Shown here: piece after piece, positions 17,315-27,415 of the stretch
Position numbering within the stretch: position 1 is the stretch's first letter
Layout of the letters: each line of letters opens with the position of its first letter
IMG/VR virus record: IMGVR_UViG_3300046674_000314
Coordinates: 1-64,000 of that record
DNA: 64,000 nt
DNA from: a virus
Direction: 5' to 3' (one strand)
Notes under the pieces: generated by a model
Database searches by the model: none
What the model saw: only the letters and a program-made list of their open reading frames with translations
What the model was told of the DNA's origin: nothing
Translations under genes and position numbers: made by a program

Positions 17315-18091
17315 TCACACTCCCCGCTCTGCTTTCCATTTACCGAACTGCGTCGCCGCAGTACCCGGGTTGATGCCTTCAGATTCGCATTGCACAATGA
17401 CGCCTTTGCGCACCAGCTTGATATAATCCGGGGTGACTTCTGCCGGACGATTTGCATAGATCGCGTCCGCAATATCCCAAACCCGCTTGGTCGCGCCGGG
17501 CTTGCGCGGGGCGCTGGGTTCCTTCGGCTCCTTCGGCTCTTTCGCCTTCGTGGGCGCCCCGCCTTCGACCTTTGCAACCCCTTGCTGCTGATTGGCTGCC
17601 TCGACCCCGCTGATAATAGCCTGATGCGTCGCACGGCTTACCGGCTCGTCCGGTTCCAGTTCTTCGGTCGGAGCGACATAAGGCTCGTCATCAAGAGGCT
17701 CGTACCCGCGATCTTCTGCTGGCAAACCAGCCAACGGGTTCCCCGGTGAGTCGTCATAAGCTTCTGCTGGGTACAAGGGACCCGGGATCGCTTGCGCATC
17801 GTCAAGCTTCACCAACTCTTCTTCGCTGGTCGGGTACTCGGACCAGCCAGCCGAATAGGCGCGCAGTTGCTCAATAGCCACAGGATAATCCGGCGCTTCT
17901 TGCCCGCTCATATTCGTGTACAGCCGCGCCATTTCTTCCTTGGTGAACACGGTCCAGAGCTTCCCATCCTGACTATCTACAATCTCTGTGGATACATCGG
18001 GGAACAGGTGCTTTTCGATCAGCATCATGTGCGACATTTTGCTCGCCGCTGCTACCATCTTCAGGTTATCTCGGTCAATCAGGATAAGCAT
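17315..18091 (-). CDS. Protein with C-terminal VWxxAD...TQFxxW domain and an acidic/Pro linker
   Basis: GATKRVWDIAD...GINPGTAATQFGKWK. Confidence 0.75.
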   Translation of the reverse strand: MLILIDRDNLKMVAAASKMSHMMLIEKHLFPDVSTEIVDSQDGKLWTVFTKEEMARLYTNMSGQEAPDYPVAIEQLRAYSAGWSEYPTSEEELVKLDDAQAIPGPLYPAEAYDDSPGNPLAGLPAEDRGYEPLDDEPYVAPTEELEPDEPVSRATHQAIISGVEAANQQQGVAKVEGGAPTKAKEPKEPKEPSAPRKPGATKRVWDIADAIYANRPAEVTPDYIKLVRKGVIVQCESEGINPGTAATQFGKWKAERGV

Positions 18092-18120
18092 TTGGGTTTC
18101 TCCCGTTCGTCAATGATTCT

Positions 18121-18148
18121 ATTATAGCAGACCAAGTGCGGCGCGCAC
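18121..18148 (-). promoter_or_regulatory. GTGCG-type promoter (GTGCGC-16-TATAAT)
   Basis: Member of the repeated promoter family (see findings). Confidence 0.65.
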
Positions 18149-18150
18149 TA

Positions 18151-18411
18151 TCAGAATGGTATGCCAGCGCTAAAGTCTGTGCATCCAATCGTGATAACCA
18201 GAATGGGTGGGCGCATGTTATACTTCTCGCAAATTTCAAACCCTTCCCGGTTATTCCAGTGCTCGCAATTGTAGCAGCACTCCCATGTGAAAGTGTCAAC
18301 CAGCGCTTTCTGCGATTTGCGCATTTGTTCAGAGCGCATTCTCTCCCGTTCTTCGAGAGTGGTACCAGCTTTGTAGACCAGCGGGGCGGTCGGGGGCAAT
18401 GGATTAGTCAT
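18151..18411 (-). CDS. Small Cys-rich protein
   Basis: CCYNCEHW...C...C; follows the helicase. Confidence 0.65.
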   Translation of the reverse strand: MTNPLPPTAPLVYKAGTTLEERERMRSEQMRKSQKALVDTFTWECCYNCEHWNNREGFEICEKYNMRPPILVITIGCTDFSAGIPF

Positions 18412-18413
18412 AG

Positions 18414-20078
18414 TCAGAATATATGTGAGTGGATTTCAGGCAAGGGCTTGTTCACGATTACCGCAATAGCCCGCGGTTGTTTCAGGTTGTTAATGATCCC
18501 ATACGCGACTTCGGTACTCTCTGGCGGAACCGCTCCATCGGCGCGAGCTTTCCACCATTGCTTCGCCAACCGGCCCGGATAGCCGCCATGCTCCAAGCAA
18601 ACCCATTCCCGAAACGTTTTCGAACCAGAGTGATAGGTCACGCAAATGGAGTCAGGCTTTCCGGTCTTATGCCACATTTGATACGCAACGCGATCCACCG
18701 GGAATTCCTTCACTTCAGGCAATTCCAGCACCGGCGCTTCTCGCACTAGCTTCTGAGTGCTCGACGTCTCGTCGATTTTGAGGTATCGCGGGAATTCGAA
18801 TCCGCAGTTCCAGCAGCTTCGGGCAGACGCGTGGTTATAACAGCCACACGAGTCACATATACGCACCGGAGCGTCGCCTTCACGTTTTCGTTCCTTCGGT
18901 TCAGGTACGCGCGGGTCGTTAATAGGCCCAAGGCGTGTAACGTTTTTAGCAAAATCGGCAACCATACAATTCCGCTTGTGACTTGCCGCAATTGCATTGA
19001 GTCGGCCATCTCTTGTGGATAGATCAAAACCCGGCTCGTAGTGAGGTCTGGTACCGCGACCGAGCATTTGGACCCAAAGACCGGGACTGAGCGTGTGTCG
19101 CAGCATTCCAATGAAATCAATGTCTGTCTTATCAAAGCCGGTCGTGAGAATTCCATTGTTCACCATCCATTCGAATTCGTTCTCTTTGTAGGCTTCGATG
19201 TTGGCGTCGCGCTCAGCCGAAGTCATGCCTACAGACGCAACCCATGTTGCCGATTGCCCGTAATACTTCAGAATGTCCACAAGGTGCTTGCAATGCTCTA
19301 GACCGCTGGCAAATACCAGCTTTGATCGGCGGTCCTTGCCGAGTTCCAACATTTCGATGACGGCTGCTTCATTCTTCTTTTGATTGTCGACCTCTGCCAT
19401 AAGACTTTTCGCTTCGTACTCGCCACCCTGAATTTTGACGTTCGACAGATCATACTCGACCTTCGTCGGACGCGGGATCGGCGGCACAAGGTACCCCTCA
19501 TGGAAGAACCAATTGAAGGCGTCGAGACCAGTACAATCGACCGCGACGTCACTAAAGATAGCACCATCACCATTTGTCAGCTTCCCTTGTTTCATCCGAT
19601 AGCCGGTGGCCGTCAGCCCGATCACCTTACAGTTCGGATTGGCTTTCTTCAGCCCGTTGAAAAACTTCTGGTACATCGTCTCGTCGCTCGGGCTGATTTC
19701 ATGCGCTTCGTCGACAATGACAAAGTCAATGAATCCGAACAACTCGGGAATCTTATAGACCGATCCGATTGACCCGAAGGTGATAGGATAATGGTGTTGC
19801 TTCTTTCCAAGCCCATCGCAAAAGATACCAACCGGCGCATCGCTCCAAGCCATTTTCAGCTTGTCGTAGTTTTGCTTGACCAATTCCTTGGTCTTGGTCA
19901 ACATCATGATGCGGGTCTGCGGATACCAGCCCAGCGCTTTAACGCAGATGCCCGCAACAATGATAGACTTCCCGGTGCCAGTGGGGTACAGGAGCAGCGG
20001 GTTGCCCTTATTCGTTTGGAAATAGTCGAACGTGGCTTGGATGCCGAAATCCTGATAGTCGCGCGGCTTCAACAGCAT
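18414..20078 (-). CDS. SF2 DEAD/DEAH helicase with C-terminal Zn finger (RadD/YejH-like)
   Basis: PTGTGKS, VDEAH, GLTAT, LTTGFD, QMLGRGTR, CDSC...CWNC. Confidence 0.95.
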   Translation of the reverse strand: MLLKPRDYQDFGIQATFDYFQTNKGNPLLLYPTGTGKSIIVAGICVKALGWYPQTRIMMLTKTKELVKQNYDKLKMAWSDAPVGIFCDGLGKKQHHYPITFGSIGSVYKIPELFGFIDFVIVDEAHEISPSDETMYQKFFNGLKKANPNCKVIGLTATGYRMKQGKLTNGDGAIFSDVAVDCTGLDAFNWFFHEGYLVPPIPRPTKVEYDLSNVKIQGGEYEAKSLMAEVDNQKKNEAAVIEMLELGKDRRSKLVFASGLEHCKHLVDILKYYGQSATWVASVGMTSAERDANIEAYKENEFEWMVNNGILTTGFDKTDIDFIGMLRHTLSPGLWVQMLGRGTRPHYEPGFDLSTRDGRLNAIAASHKRNCMVADFAKNVTRLGPINDPRVPEPKERKREGDAPVRICDSCGCYNHASARSCWNCGFEFPRYLKIDETSSTQKLVREAPVLELPEVKEFPVDRVAYQMWHKTGKPDSICVTYHSGSKTFREWVCLEHGGYPGRLAKQWWKARADGAVPPESTEVAYGIINNLKQPRAIAVIVNKPLPEIHSHIF

Positions 20079-20080
20079 TT

Positions 20081-20296
20081 TTAGTTATCCTTTTCACCTT
20101 GCAAGATTTCGCGTTCGACTTGCTTATCACGCTTCAGGAGCGGCGCCCATGCAAGAAAGTATTCCCCGACCCGACCGCGCCAATTACCGGTCACGCACAT
20201 TCCGCCGATGGTCAGCAATTGCAGCTTGGTATCCGGCGTATACGGTGGCTTGGTATAGCACCATTGGGGCTTATCTGTGGCTACGTATTCAGGCAT
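20081..20296 (-). CDS. Small hypothetical protein
   Basis: KLQLLTIGG...AWAPL; in operon with a GGGAG RBS. Confidence 0.6.
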   Translation of the reverse strand: MPEYVATDKPQWCYTKPPYTPDTKLQLLTIGGMCVTGNWRGRVGEYFLAWAPLLKRDKQVEREILQGEKDN

Positions 20297-20363
20297 TTAC
20301 TTCTCCCAATGCTCGCGCGAAATGCGGTCTTGGAGTCGTTGGATTTCCAGAGCCATTTGAACC

Positions 20364-21299
20364 TCACAATGATGGGTGGTGCTGCCAATCGGGGCACCCT
20401 GATAGCTGCCGCGTTTTATCTAGCATAGCATTATGCGTGCTGCACCACCAGGTTCCATCTGTCTGCGGACTGGCGGCTGCGCAGGTTCGACAATTCATAT
20501 CCGGCGCGTCGCCAAAGTGACATACCCGGCGCTCGTCGCAGTACTTGCACTTCCAGAACGATTCATTCTGACTCAGCTTGGGTGGCGCCTCGACCGCAAA
20601 AATGATCTTGTGGGCGCGCTCTCGAAAGAACAGCGCGCAATCCGGATCATACTCGACAATCTCGAAATAGAGTTCGTCGTTATCCTTGCAGCATGCAGCA
20701 TACAGCCCATGCGTCAGCTTGTAATACTCCATGTACTGCTGCATCTGCACATAATGTTCTAGCTTGGCTTTCTTGACGCCTTCGGGCGGAATGACCACAA
20801 TGCCTTCGCGGTCCACTTCCCCAGCCAGCTTTTTAAATGACTTCAAGTTGTGCGTCTTGAATTCAGCGAGCACCGGTACATCGGGCATTTCCGGGATGCC
20901 GAGAATTACACCGTCAATGGCTGATCCGTAATGACCGCCGTAATACGAGACTCGGAATTGCCGACCTTCGGCTTCTTCTTGCCAGACCTGACAATCAATA
21001 GTCCGGAACATAGCCACAAAGCGTGCTTCCTCCAAGTGGCCCCGATTGAACAACCGCAGCATGCGGCCCGAGAATTTGGCGGGTTTAGTCCAGCGCCATT
21101 TGTACCAGAGTTCCCGCGCGCATTCCCGACCCGATAGGGAAATCCCCATGTGGCTACGGAATCGGTCATGCTGCGAATCATCATAGGCGTCACCCACGTC
21201 CATGATGTGCTCTTTCAAGAACCCTTTGAAGCGGCGCCCCTGATCGCGGTAGATCGCTGCGTCAATTGCTTCCTTGGTCTGAGTGGCGAGACGGATCAC
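20364..21299 (-). CDS. Cas4-like PD-(D/E)XK exonuclease
   Basis: C-ARELWY, IDG...EFKT, QMQQYM, CKYC-x5-C Fe-S pattern plus an extra CRTC..C..C tail. Confidence 0.88.
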   Translation of the reverse strand: MIRLATQTKEAIDAAIYRDQGRRFKGFLKEHIMDVGDAYDDSQHDRFRSHMGISLSGRECARELWYKWRWTKPAKFSGRMLRLFNRGHLEEARFVAMFRTIDCQVWQEEAEGRQFRVSYYGGHYGSAIDGVILGIPEMPDVPVLAEFKTHNLKSFKKLAGEVDREGIVVIPPEGVKKAKLEHYVQMQQYMEYYKLTHGLYAACCKDNDELYFEIVEYDPDCALFFRERAHKIIFAVEAPPKLSQNESFWKCKYCDERRVCHFGDAPDMNCRTCAAASPQTDGTWWCSTHNAMLDKTRQLSGCPDWQHHPSL

Positions 21300-21550
21300 T
21301 TTCTCTCCCGAGCTTTCATCATTGTGTCAGCTTGGCGGTATGCGGCATGCGCAAGCCTATCCAGCGCCGAACCATTGACCAGTTCTTGACCGGTAATATG
21401 CTGCATCAGTTCGGGGTTTGCCATCATTCCGGTCAATGCAGCAATAGCGAAACGATCGCGCAGTTCTTGTTCTTCGAGTCGACGTTGTGCGAAAATGCGT
21501 TCTTGCTCTCGCGCTTGGTCTCTTACCTGCGCATGTGTATACTGATACAT
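21296..21550 (-). CDS. Conserved small phage protein
   Basis: LRDRFAIAALTG...AYRQADTMMKAR pattern. Confidence 0.65.
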   Translation of the reverse strand: MYQYTHAQVRDQAREQERIFAQRRLEEQELRDRFAIAALTGMMANPELMQHITGQELVNGSALDRLAHAAYRQADTMMKARERK

Positions 21551-21612
21551 AATCTCTCCAGTCGAAAAACCCCGCGCTTGGCGGGGTCTGTATCACCGCG
21601 AGCGTGGAGCGA

Positions 21613-22308
21613 TTACTTCCCTTGTTGCCAGGGCGGAACTGCGCCATTGCCAGCCGGTGCGGCGGCTTGGGTTGCGGGCGCTGCCGCGGTTGCCGGATTG
21701 AATGCGGGAGCGGCTTGGGCTGCGGGGGCCGGTGCTGCGGCGGCTGCGGGCGCGGCTTGGGCTGCGGCTTGCATCGCAGGGGCTTGGGCGGCTGCGGCTG
21801 CATTCGGCTGGCTCACGGGCTGCGCTGCCGGGACGTGCGGCTGCGTAGCTGCGGCTGCGCCAGCGTCATACGGGTCATGACGCAGGATGTTGTTGCGTGC
21901 CGGACGAGCTTTGATTTCGGCGCCGGTGTTCGGATTGACCGATGCCGGGGTCTCGTCTTGGTAGTCGACTTCGATCATCATGACCTTGTTCGCCAACAGC
22001 GTCAAGTCGCCGCCTTGCAGCACGCCGACCGCATGGCCGATGGACGACAGCTGTTTCATGGCGATTTCAGCGGCTTGCGTCGAGCCGGTATGCCACAGAT
22101 TCAGGTTCTCGTAAACCTTGCGGCCTTTGAATTCACCTTCGGTGATGACGAATTCCAGCGCCAGATTGTGACCGGTGGCTGCATTGCCATTCGCTTTGAC
22201 CTGCATGTTGCGGATCGCTGCGGCATATGCGCCAGCCGGAACCGGTGCGCTACCGGCGACGAACGGGTCGATGTTGGTGACGTCGAAATTGAATTGGATC
22301 GGTTGCAT
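21613..22308 (-). CDS. DUF669-like phage ssDNA-binding protein
   Basis: PVPAGAY...LEFVITEGEFKGRKVYENLNL; Ala/Pro tail ending PPWQ; next to the Sak4-like ATPase. Confidence 0.8.
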   Translation of the reverse strand: MQPIQFNFDVTNIDPFVAGSAPVPAGAYAAAIRNMQVKANGNAATGHNLALEFVITEGEFKGRKVYENLNLWHTGSTQAAEIAMKQLSSIGHAVGVLQGGDLTLLANKVMMIEVDYQDETPASVNPNTGAEIKARPARNNILRHDPYDAGAAAATQPHVPAAQPVSQPNAAAAAQAPAMQAAAQAAPAAAAAPAPAAQAAPAFNPATAAAPATQAAAPAGNGAVPPWQQGK

Positions 22309-22338
22309 TTTGTTTGTCCTTTGATTAGGAGTTGGGGC

Positions 22339-23175
22339 TTACGATTGGTTCTGAATCTTGTCGATCAGGTATGACAAGTCTGGGCGCTCCCACGGTTCGA
22401 GCATTCCCGATCTGTCTTTAGCATCATACGATGCGTCGGGCTGGGTTTGCAAGAAACGATAGAGCTTATTTGTCGTTGCATCAGTCGCTACCCCGATGCG
22501 AAAAGTTTCGTCAAGCCAATAGGGCGACTGCGGCCCCAGTTGCTTTCCGGGAAAATCAGGGGCGCCGACAATCGCACCTGATACACCATCTTGCTTGCTG
22601 CCGAGCTTGGCCGTGATGCAAACATGCTTTCCCGCGAGATTGCGAAACTTGCGGAAATACTCCGCAATAATGTCCGCCACTTCGCCGTAGGCTTGCCGAC
22701 CATCGGCCTTTGCTGCCTTAGCTGCATTCAACATCACTTCGGCCGTCTCGCTCGACGAATCCCAAGCCACCGACTTGTAATATCCCTGATTGGCGGGCGC
22801 CGCAAGCCAATCATAGGCCGCTTTCAGCTGTAGACCATTGCGAACTACGATCACCGGGCTATTGGCTGCACCTTCAGCACGAGCACGCGCACCGGCGTCG
22901 TCCATTCCCATACCAAGGAAAATCTTAGTCAGATTCCCCACGCTGAGAGACAACAGGCCGCTCTCCGACGAGATAAAAACTATCGGCTGCGGCATCGTAG
23001 CGCACAGGACTGTCTTTCCAACCCCTGCCGGGCCGTACACTAGCGTCTTGACCCCGTTGCTGGTCGCTTGCTCTTTGACCGTTGACCAAACGATTGGCGT
23101 AGGCGTTGTGGAATTCGGGGCCGAAGTTGCTGGTGATTCCGGCGCCGCAACCCCCGGCGGTAATGGTGCGTTCAT
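22339..23175 (-). CDS. Sak4-like AAA ATPase (ssDNA annealing)
   Basis: LVYGPAGVGKT, SESGLLSL, WDS, YDAKDRSG. Confidence 0.85.
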   Translation of the reverse strand: MNAPLPPGVAAPESPATSAPNSTTPTPIVWSTVKEQATSNGVKTLVYGPAGVGKTVLCATMPQPIVFISSESGLLSLSVGNLTKIFLGMGMDDAGARARAEGAANSPVIVVRNGLQLKAAYDWLAAPANQGYYKSVAWDSSSETAEVMLNAAKAAKADGRQAYGEVADIIAEYFRKFRNLAGKHVCITAKLGSKQDGVSGAIVGAPDFPGKQLGPQSPYWLDETFRIGVATDATTNKLYRFLQTQPDASYDAKDRSGMLEPWERPDLSYLIDKIQNQS

Positions 23176-23322
23176 GCTTTTCCTTGTTCTCGGTTAAACG
23201 TCGTTCGGCTTTGAGTGCTGCCAAGCGGGCTTCGTTACGCTCTCGCAATTCCATGTGGCTAGGGTGCTGGCCGATGCGGATCATATGTCGAACCGGGCCA
23301 CGAAGCCATTCAGAAAGAGACT

Positions 23323-23631
23323 TCATTTTACCTCACCTTTCAAGTGCTTGACCAAATTACGCAGACCGAAACGGTATAAATCTTGTGCTGCATCGTACCA
23401 TTTCCCTTCTTCGGGGTAATACTTGATCGTGCCGATGGTGAACAGAACTAGCCCACCTTCGTCAATATCCTTGGTCCGCATGTAGCGAATCTCATTCCGC
23501 GTGAGCAACTCGACGGCATTAGCCACATTCTTAGCGCGCCGCTCCGCTTTCTTCTGCTGATACTCTTCCCATTCCTTGTCGGTCTGGGGTTCCATGCCTT
23601 GCCGATGCAAGACGTCCAATAAGCGGGCCAT
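23323..23631 (-). CDS. Hypothetical protein
   Basis: 102-aa ORF tightly packed in the operon. Confidence 0.6.
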   Translation of the reverse strand: MARLLDVLHRQGMEPQTDKEWEEYQQKKAERRAKNVANAVELLTRNEIRYMRTKDIDEGGLVLFTIGTIKYYPEEGKWYDAAQDLYRFGLRNLVKHLKGEVK

Positions 23632-23633
23632 GA

Positions 23634-24131
23634 TTAGTCACCTGTCCTGATAGTTGCTTTCGGTTGCGCCGACTTCGGCAACTCGAGTTTGACGCCGGGC
23701 GAACCGGGCGTGCGCGTGAGCGCATCATTTAACAGCGCTTTCACGTCATCGCGCAAGTCGCGGTAGCCGCTCTCGCTGAAATCCGGCTTATATTTTATGG
23801 CCGCATCAATCGTTGGTGCAACGCCATCTTCGTCCACCTGCATCTCTGCAAGGGCTTTCTTCACAGCATCCAGCGCTGCAACGTCGACCTTGGTGTTGAT
23901 CCGGCGTTCGATCTTCAGCACCCAGCCGCCCGGCATGCCGAAATGATCGGTACCCGGTTCCGCAAGCTTGGGGTCATCGGGCCTGTAGAGCTTTCCAAAG
24001 ACCTGCAAGCGCAATTCGTTCTCGCGCGCTGCTGCTCCCTTGGCTGCTTCAGCCGCGTTGTACCATTCACCAATCAGCTTGGAGAATTCCATATCGACGT
24101 CGATCTGTTGGACGGGAATTTTGGTTGCCAT
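23634..24131 (-). CDS. Conserved phage protein of the recombination module
   Basis: ENELRLQV...GGWVLK...KVD...KYKP...PGSPGV pattern, upstream of the Sak4-like gene. Confidence 0.7.
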   Translation of the reverse strand: MATKIPVQQIDVDMEFSKLIGEWYNAAEAAKGAAARENELRLQVFGKLYRPDDPKLAEPGTDHFGMPGGWVLKIERRINTKVDVAALDAVKKALAEMQVDEDGVAPTIDAAIKYKPDFSESGYRDLRDDVKALLNDALTRTPGSPGVKLELPKSAQPKATIRTGD

Positions 24132-24134
24132 GAT

Positions 24135-24458
24135 TTACCAAGCCTTCGGGATATGTTGGGGGTTTTGCGTCTGGTCAATCGCGCGATTGTATGCGCCGAA
24201 TGCTGAGTTGAGCTTTTCGGTGACGCGGAAAAAGTACATTTCCCAATGCGCGTCGTACCACATGGTTTCGACGGTCAGAACTGGCGACTGGTACAATGAG
24301 CGGATTTGCGCGTCGATTGCATCGCCCAGTTCTTTTTTCCAGCGGTAGTCGATGAAGTGCGCCGGATCGTGGCGGTTACGAATGCGGATTCGTTGGTAGG
24401 GAAACTTGCTGTTCGGCTTTGCAATCTCTGCCGAATAATACTTAACCAATGTGGTCAT
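24135..24458 (-). CDS. Hypothetical protein
   Basis: AAAAGGATGA RBS and its own promoter cassette. Confidence 0.65.
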   Translation of the reverse strand: MTTLVKYYSAEIAKPNSKFPYQRIRIRNRHDPAHFIDYRWKKELGDAIDAQIRSLYQSPVLTVETMWYDAHWEMYFFRVTEKLNSAFGAYNRAIDQTQNPQHIPKAW

Positions 24459-24531
24459 TTGAAATCATCCTTTTAGTCGAGGAGTGGGGCGCGATGCCCC
24501 AACCCATGAATCTATTATAGCAGACTTGCGA

Positions 24532-25047
24532 TTAATTGCCCGCAATTCGTGTCGACTCGGGCTGCGAATCCGAACGACTGATACGATCGCTCGGTTTCTT
24601 GCTGCACGTCAGCCCGGCGTCAATCATGGCGTCGTAGACTTCACCGGAAATCTGACAACGCATGTTGTTGGCGGCTTGACGAAGCTTGGTCGCCTCGCTT
24701 GCATCGGGCGTGATGGTCGATTGGCGCGCGGTTTCCGCTGCCGCGACTTCAAGCACGCACGACTTCTGATCTTTAGACGACCCGAATGCAGCGGAGAAAC
24801 CCGCAACCGCCATGCCACCTTGGGTGGTCTGCCCGCAATTGAATTGCGAGAAAGACGAAGCATAGGCACCGAGAATCGGAGCGCTCACGTTGTGCACGGT
24901 CGCTTCCGTATGCTCGGGCGATTGGCTGAACTGAATCGTGCCTTGCGCCACCGATTGACTCTGGCTCGTCTGATTGGCGGTCGATGTTGCTTGTGCGAAT
25001 GCGCCGGTCGAAATGAGCAGTGCACCCAAAATAAGAACGCGTTTCAT
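24532..25047 (-). CDS. Exported protein with signal peptide and four Cys
   Basis: MKRVLILGALLISTGAFA; ATG at 25047. Confidence 0.75.
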   Translation of the reverse strand: MKRVLILGALLISTGAFAQATSTANQTSQSQSVAQGTIQFSQSPEHTEATVHNVSAPILGAYASSFSQFNCGQTTQGGMAVAGFSAAFGSSKDQKSCVLEVAAAETARQSTITPDASEATKLRQAANNMRCQISGEVYDAMIDAGLTCSKKPSDRISRSDSQPESTRIAGN

Positions 25048-25102
25048 TTTTATCTCTCTGGTCTGGTTGGCTGGGGCGACTCCGAAGACTCGCCCCGATG
25101 GT

Positions 25103-25531
25103 TTAATGCGCGTAGCTGTAGGCGCCGCCGATGTAGCTGTACGCCGTGGCCGAGTAATCGACGCCAGCGCCACCCTTTGCGGAACCATATGCGTCACCGC
25201 GGGTATAGCCATTCGACGTGCTGTTGGTCTGGCTGCTGCCGAAGCCCGTAGCTGCCGAGTAGCCGCCAGCACCAGCGATGCCACCGAAGCCGACCGGAAG
25301 GAATCCACCCGCCACGATCATGCTGGAACCCGACTGAGCGTAGCCCGAACCGACGCTGTTGCTTGCTTGATTGCTGTACCCATTACCGTTCGTGCCGCTG
25401 GTTGCTTGCGAGCCACCCGAGACCGAAACCGACGCAGCGAAACCGCCACCGATCCCGAACGAGTCAGCCGCTTGTGCGACATTGAAAGCGAATGCTGCGA
25501 AGGTACCGACGACGAGAATTGCCTTTTTCAT
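25103..25531 (-). CDS. Exported Gly/Ser/Asn-rich low-complexity protein
   Basis: MKKAILVVGTFAAFAFNVAQA signal peptide, AGGAG RBS, two imperfect GxxxxSxxxSxxNGxxxG repeats. Confidence 0.75.
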   Translation of the reverse strand: MKKAILVVGTFAAFAFNVAQAADSFGIGGGFAASVSVSGGSQATSGTNGNGYSNQASNSVGSGYAQSGSSMIVAGGFLPVGFGGIAGAGGYSAATGFGSSQTNSTSNGYTRGDAYGSAKGGAGVDYSATAYSYIGGAYSYAH

Positions 25532-25588
25532 TTGTACTACTCCTAAGGTTTGAATCCCGCTGGTCCGCGCGGGGCCGGTTTGGAAAAA

Positions 25589-25954
25589 TCAGTTACCTGC
25601 GAGGTCGTTGGCGCGTTCGGTCAAGTCCCGCGCAAAGCCCGCGGTGCTATGCAGAACCAGTTGCATTACTAGCTTTGCGAGCACTTGAATATCACCCCGC
25701 AGTTGCTCGACGTATTCAGCCGAATACGAAGTAACAACACTCGTCGGAATGCTCAGGTCGAGTGCTCGCATGCGTTCGGAAACATGCGCTGCGCTGATCT
25801 TCGGAATACCGAGGTCGGCGCCCGCTGCTGCCGCAAGCGAAGGGTACGTCTCGTTCGGCATGAATTTGTGACGCGTCAGCCAATCGCAGAGTTTGTAGCC
25901 TTCGACGATTTGAAGCTTATTCGGGGTCTTGCGCGGTGCTGTGCTCATGTTCAT
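25589..25954 (-). CDS. Hypothetical protein (possible HTH)
   Basis: 121-aa ORF with AAGGGA RBS. Confidence 0.6.
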   Translation of the reverse strand: MNMSTAPRKTPNKLQIVEGYKLCDWLTRHKFMPNETYPSLAAAAGADLGIPKISAAHVSERMRALDLSIPTSVVTSYSAEYVEQLRGDIQVLAKLVMQLVLHSTAGFARDLTERANDLAGN

Positions 25955-25963
25955 CCCTTGTGG

Positions 25964-26287
25964 TCAGTTAGTCGGAATATCGTTGTTGACTGCTTGCATG
26001 CAACCTTGGAAACTCCAAGCTTTCGCCATCGTTGGTGTCACGGCCGGATGGTCCCAAAGATAGACGACCATGCGCTGCGTCCAGTCGATCATTGCCTTGT
26101 CGCCGTCAGCATCCTTTTCCAGCTGTACGCGGGCACGTTCAGCACTCCAACCTGCATTGCGGGCGCTAGCGATGCGTGCCGATGCGTCGCCCATTTCCTT
26201 ACACATCAAGTAATCCGGGCTGGGCGCATGCGTCTGGGCTTGGGCGCCAGCGCTCGCAAGAATCAAGACCACCAGAAGCTTTTTCAT
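25964..26287 (-). CDS. Exported small protein
   Basis: MKKLLVVLILASAGAQA signal peptide, two Cys. Confidence 0.7.
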   Translation of the reverse strand: MKKLLVVLILASAGAQAQTHAPSPDYLMCKEMGDASARIASARNAGWSAERARVQLEKDADGDKAMIDWTQRMVVYLWDHPAVTPTMAKAWSFQGCMQAVNNDIPTN

Positions 26288-26609
26288 TTCGTTTTCGTCC
26301 TCGTTAATCGTTAGGTCTATTATGCTGGTGCAGCGTTTAAACCGCACCAAGAATCTTGTCGTCTCTACTACGCTTTGCGGGACCGGTGCATCGCCTTTTC
26401 AATCGCCCAATATGCTTCGTCACAGGCGTTGGCGATACCCTGCGTGCGAGGGGATTCGATCACGAGGGCAGTACTTTCCATGCTCAAAAACTTGCGCGGT
26501 TCCCAGTTTTGATTGTAGATCAGCATGTAGATACCGCGCGAGTCTGGCGTCGAGCGGTAGTTATCGTTGTAGCCGAGCACTTTATCCACATGTGCATTGT
26601 ACATTCCGC

Positions 26610-27305
26610 TCATTTGATTTTCCTCGCTTCTTCGGTGACTTGGTTGCTCAGATTGATCTTGTTGCCAAAATCTTGACCCTTATTGAAAGCGTCATGGTCT
26701 ACGCTGCTGGCGCGGGCTTTGCGGTAGCGCAAGCCTTCCGGAAGCATCAATTCGTTAGCTGCTGCCTCGGTATCATAAAAGGATGCCAGAACCAGAGCGG
26801 TGCCGGGCGTCGCTGCCTCGCTTGCTGCCGCTTGGCTGGCTTTGATTTCCTTAACCCGAGCATGCAAGGCGTACATTGCGCCGACTGCAAAGCTACGGGT
26901 TCCCGGTGCCGTATTCTGGCCGTACATTTTGCGGCCTTCCTTCAGGATTGACTTAACGATCCAGTCAGCCATCACAGCCGCGGTCATCGCGTTGGATTCG
27001 CGTCCGATGAAATGGAATTTGTTTTGGCTAGTGCTGACCTTGCTGGACCAGACCTTGCAAAAGAACAGGTCGCCGATGATATTGTTGATCTGTCGCGCCC
27101 ACTGCCACGAGAACGATTGGTTCTCGAAGTCAATGCGCTTTTCTTGTTTGCTTTCGCCGTGTGCCTCGACTGCTGCCATGTCGAGGTTATGCTTTGCCAT
27201 CAAGTTATAGGCCATGCGCAAAGCGTTATCGCGCTCGCCTTCGCTTGCTGCGAGGTCGTTAGCGAGATTCAACATTTTTTGAATACGGCCGAAAATCTTT
27301 TCCAT
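26610..27305 (-). CDS. DUF2786-domain protein
   Basis: RIQKMLNLA...EGERDNALRMAYNLMAKHNL N-terminus. Confidence 0.8.
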   Translation of the reverse strand: MEKIFGRIQKMLNLANDLAASEGERDNALRMAYNLMAKHNLDMAAVEAHGESKQEKRIDFENQSFSWQWARQINNIIGDLFFCKVWSSKVSTSQNKFHFIGRESNAMTAAVMADWIVKSILKEGRKMYGQNTAPGTRSFAVGAMYALHARVKEIKASQAAASEAATPGTALVLASFYDTEAAANELMLPEGLRYRKARASSVDHDAFNKGQDFGNKINLSNQVTEEARKIK

Positions 27306-27377
27306 GATGTTTATCCTATTAGTCGGTTAATTGACCCCGAGATTTAGCCGCTTCGGGGCTGGGCGCGTTCTCTGCAT

Positions 27378-27415
27378 CCATGAATCTATTATAGCTGACT
27401 CAGTCTGGAACGCAC
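27378..27415 (-). promoter_or_regulatory. GTGCG-type promoter cassette (GTGCGT-16-TATAAT-AGATTCATGG)
   Basis: Direct read; CTATAATAGATTCATGG is identical near 24504-24520 and 28396-28412. Confidence 0.75.

Noticed and set aside
25547-25558. tRNA T-arm-like GGTTTGAATCCC
   Set aside because: It mismatches the T-loop consensus and has no acceptor, D or anticodon arms upstream.
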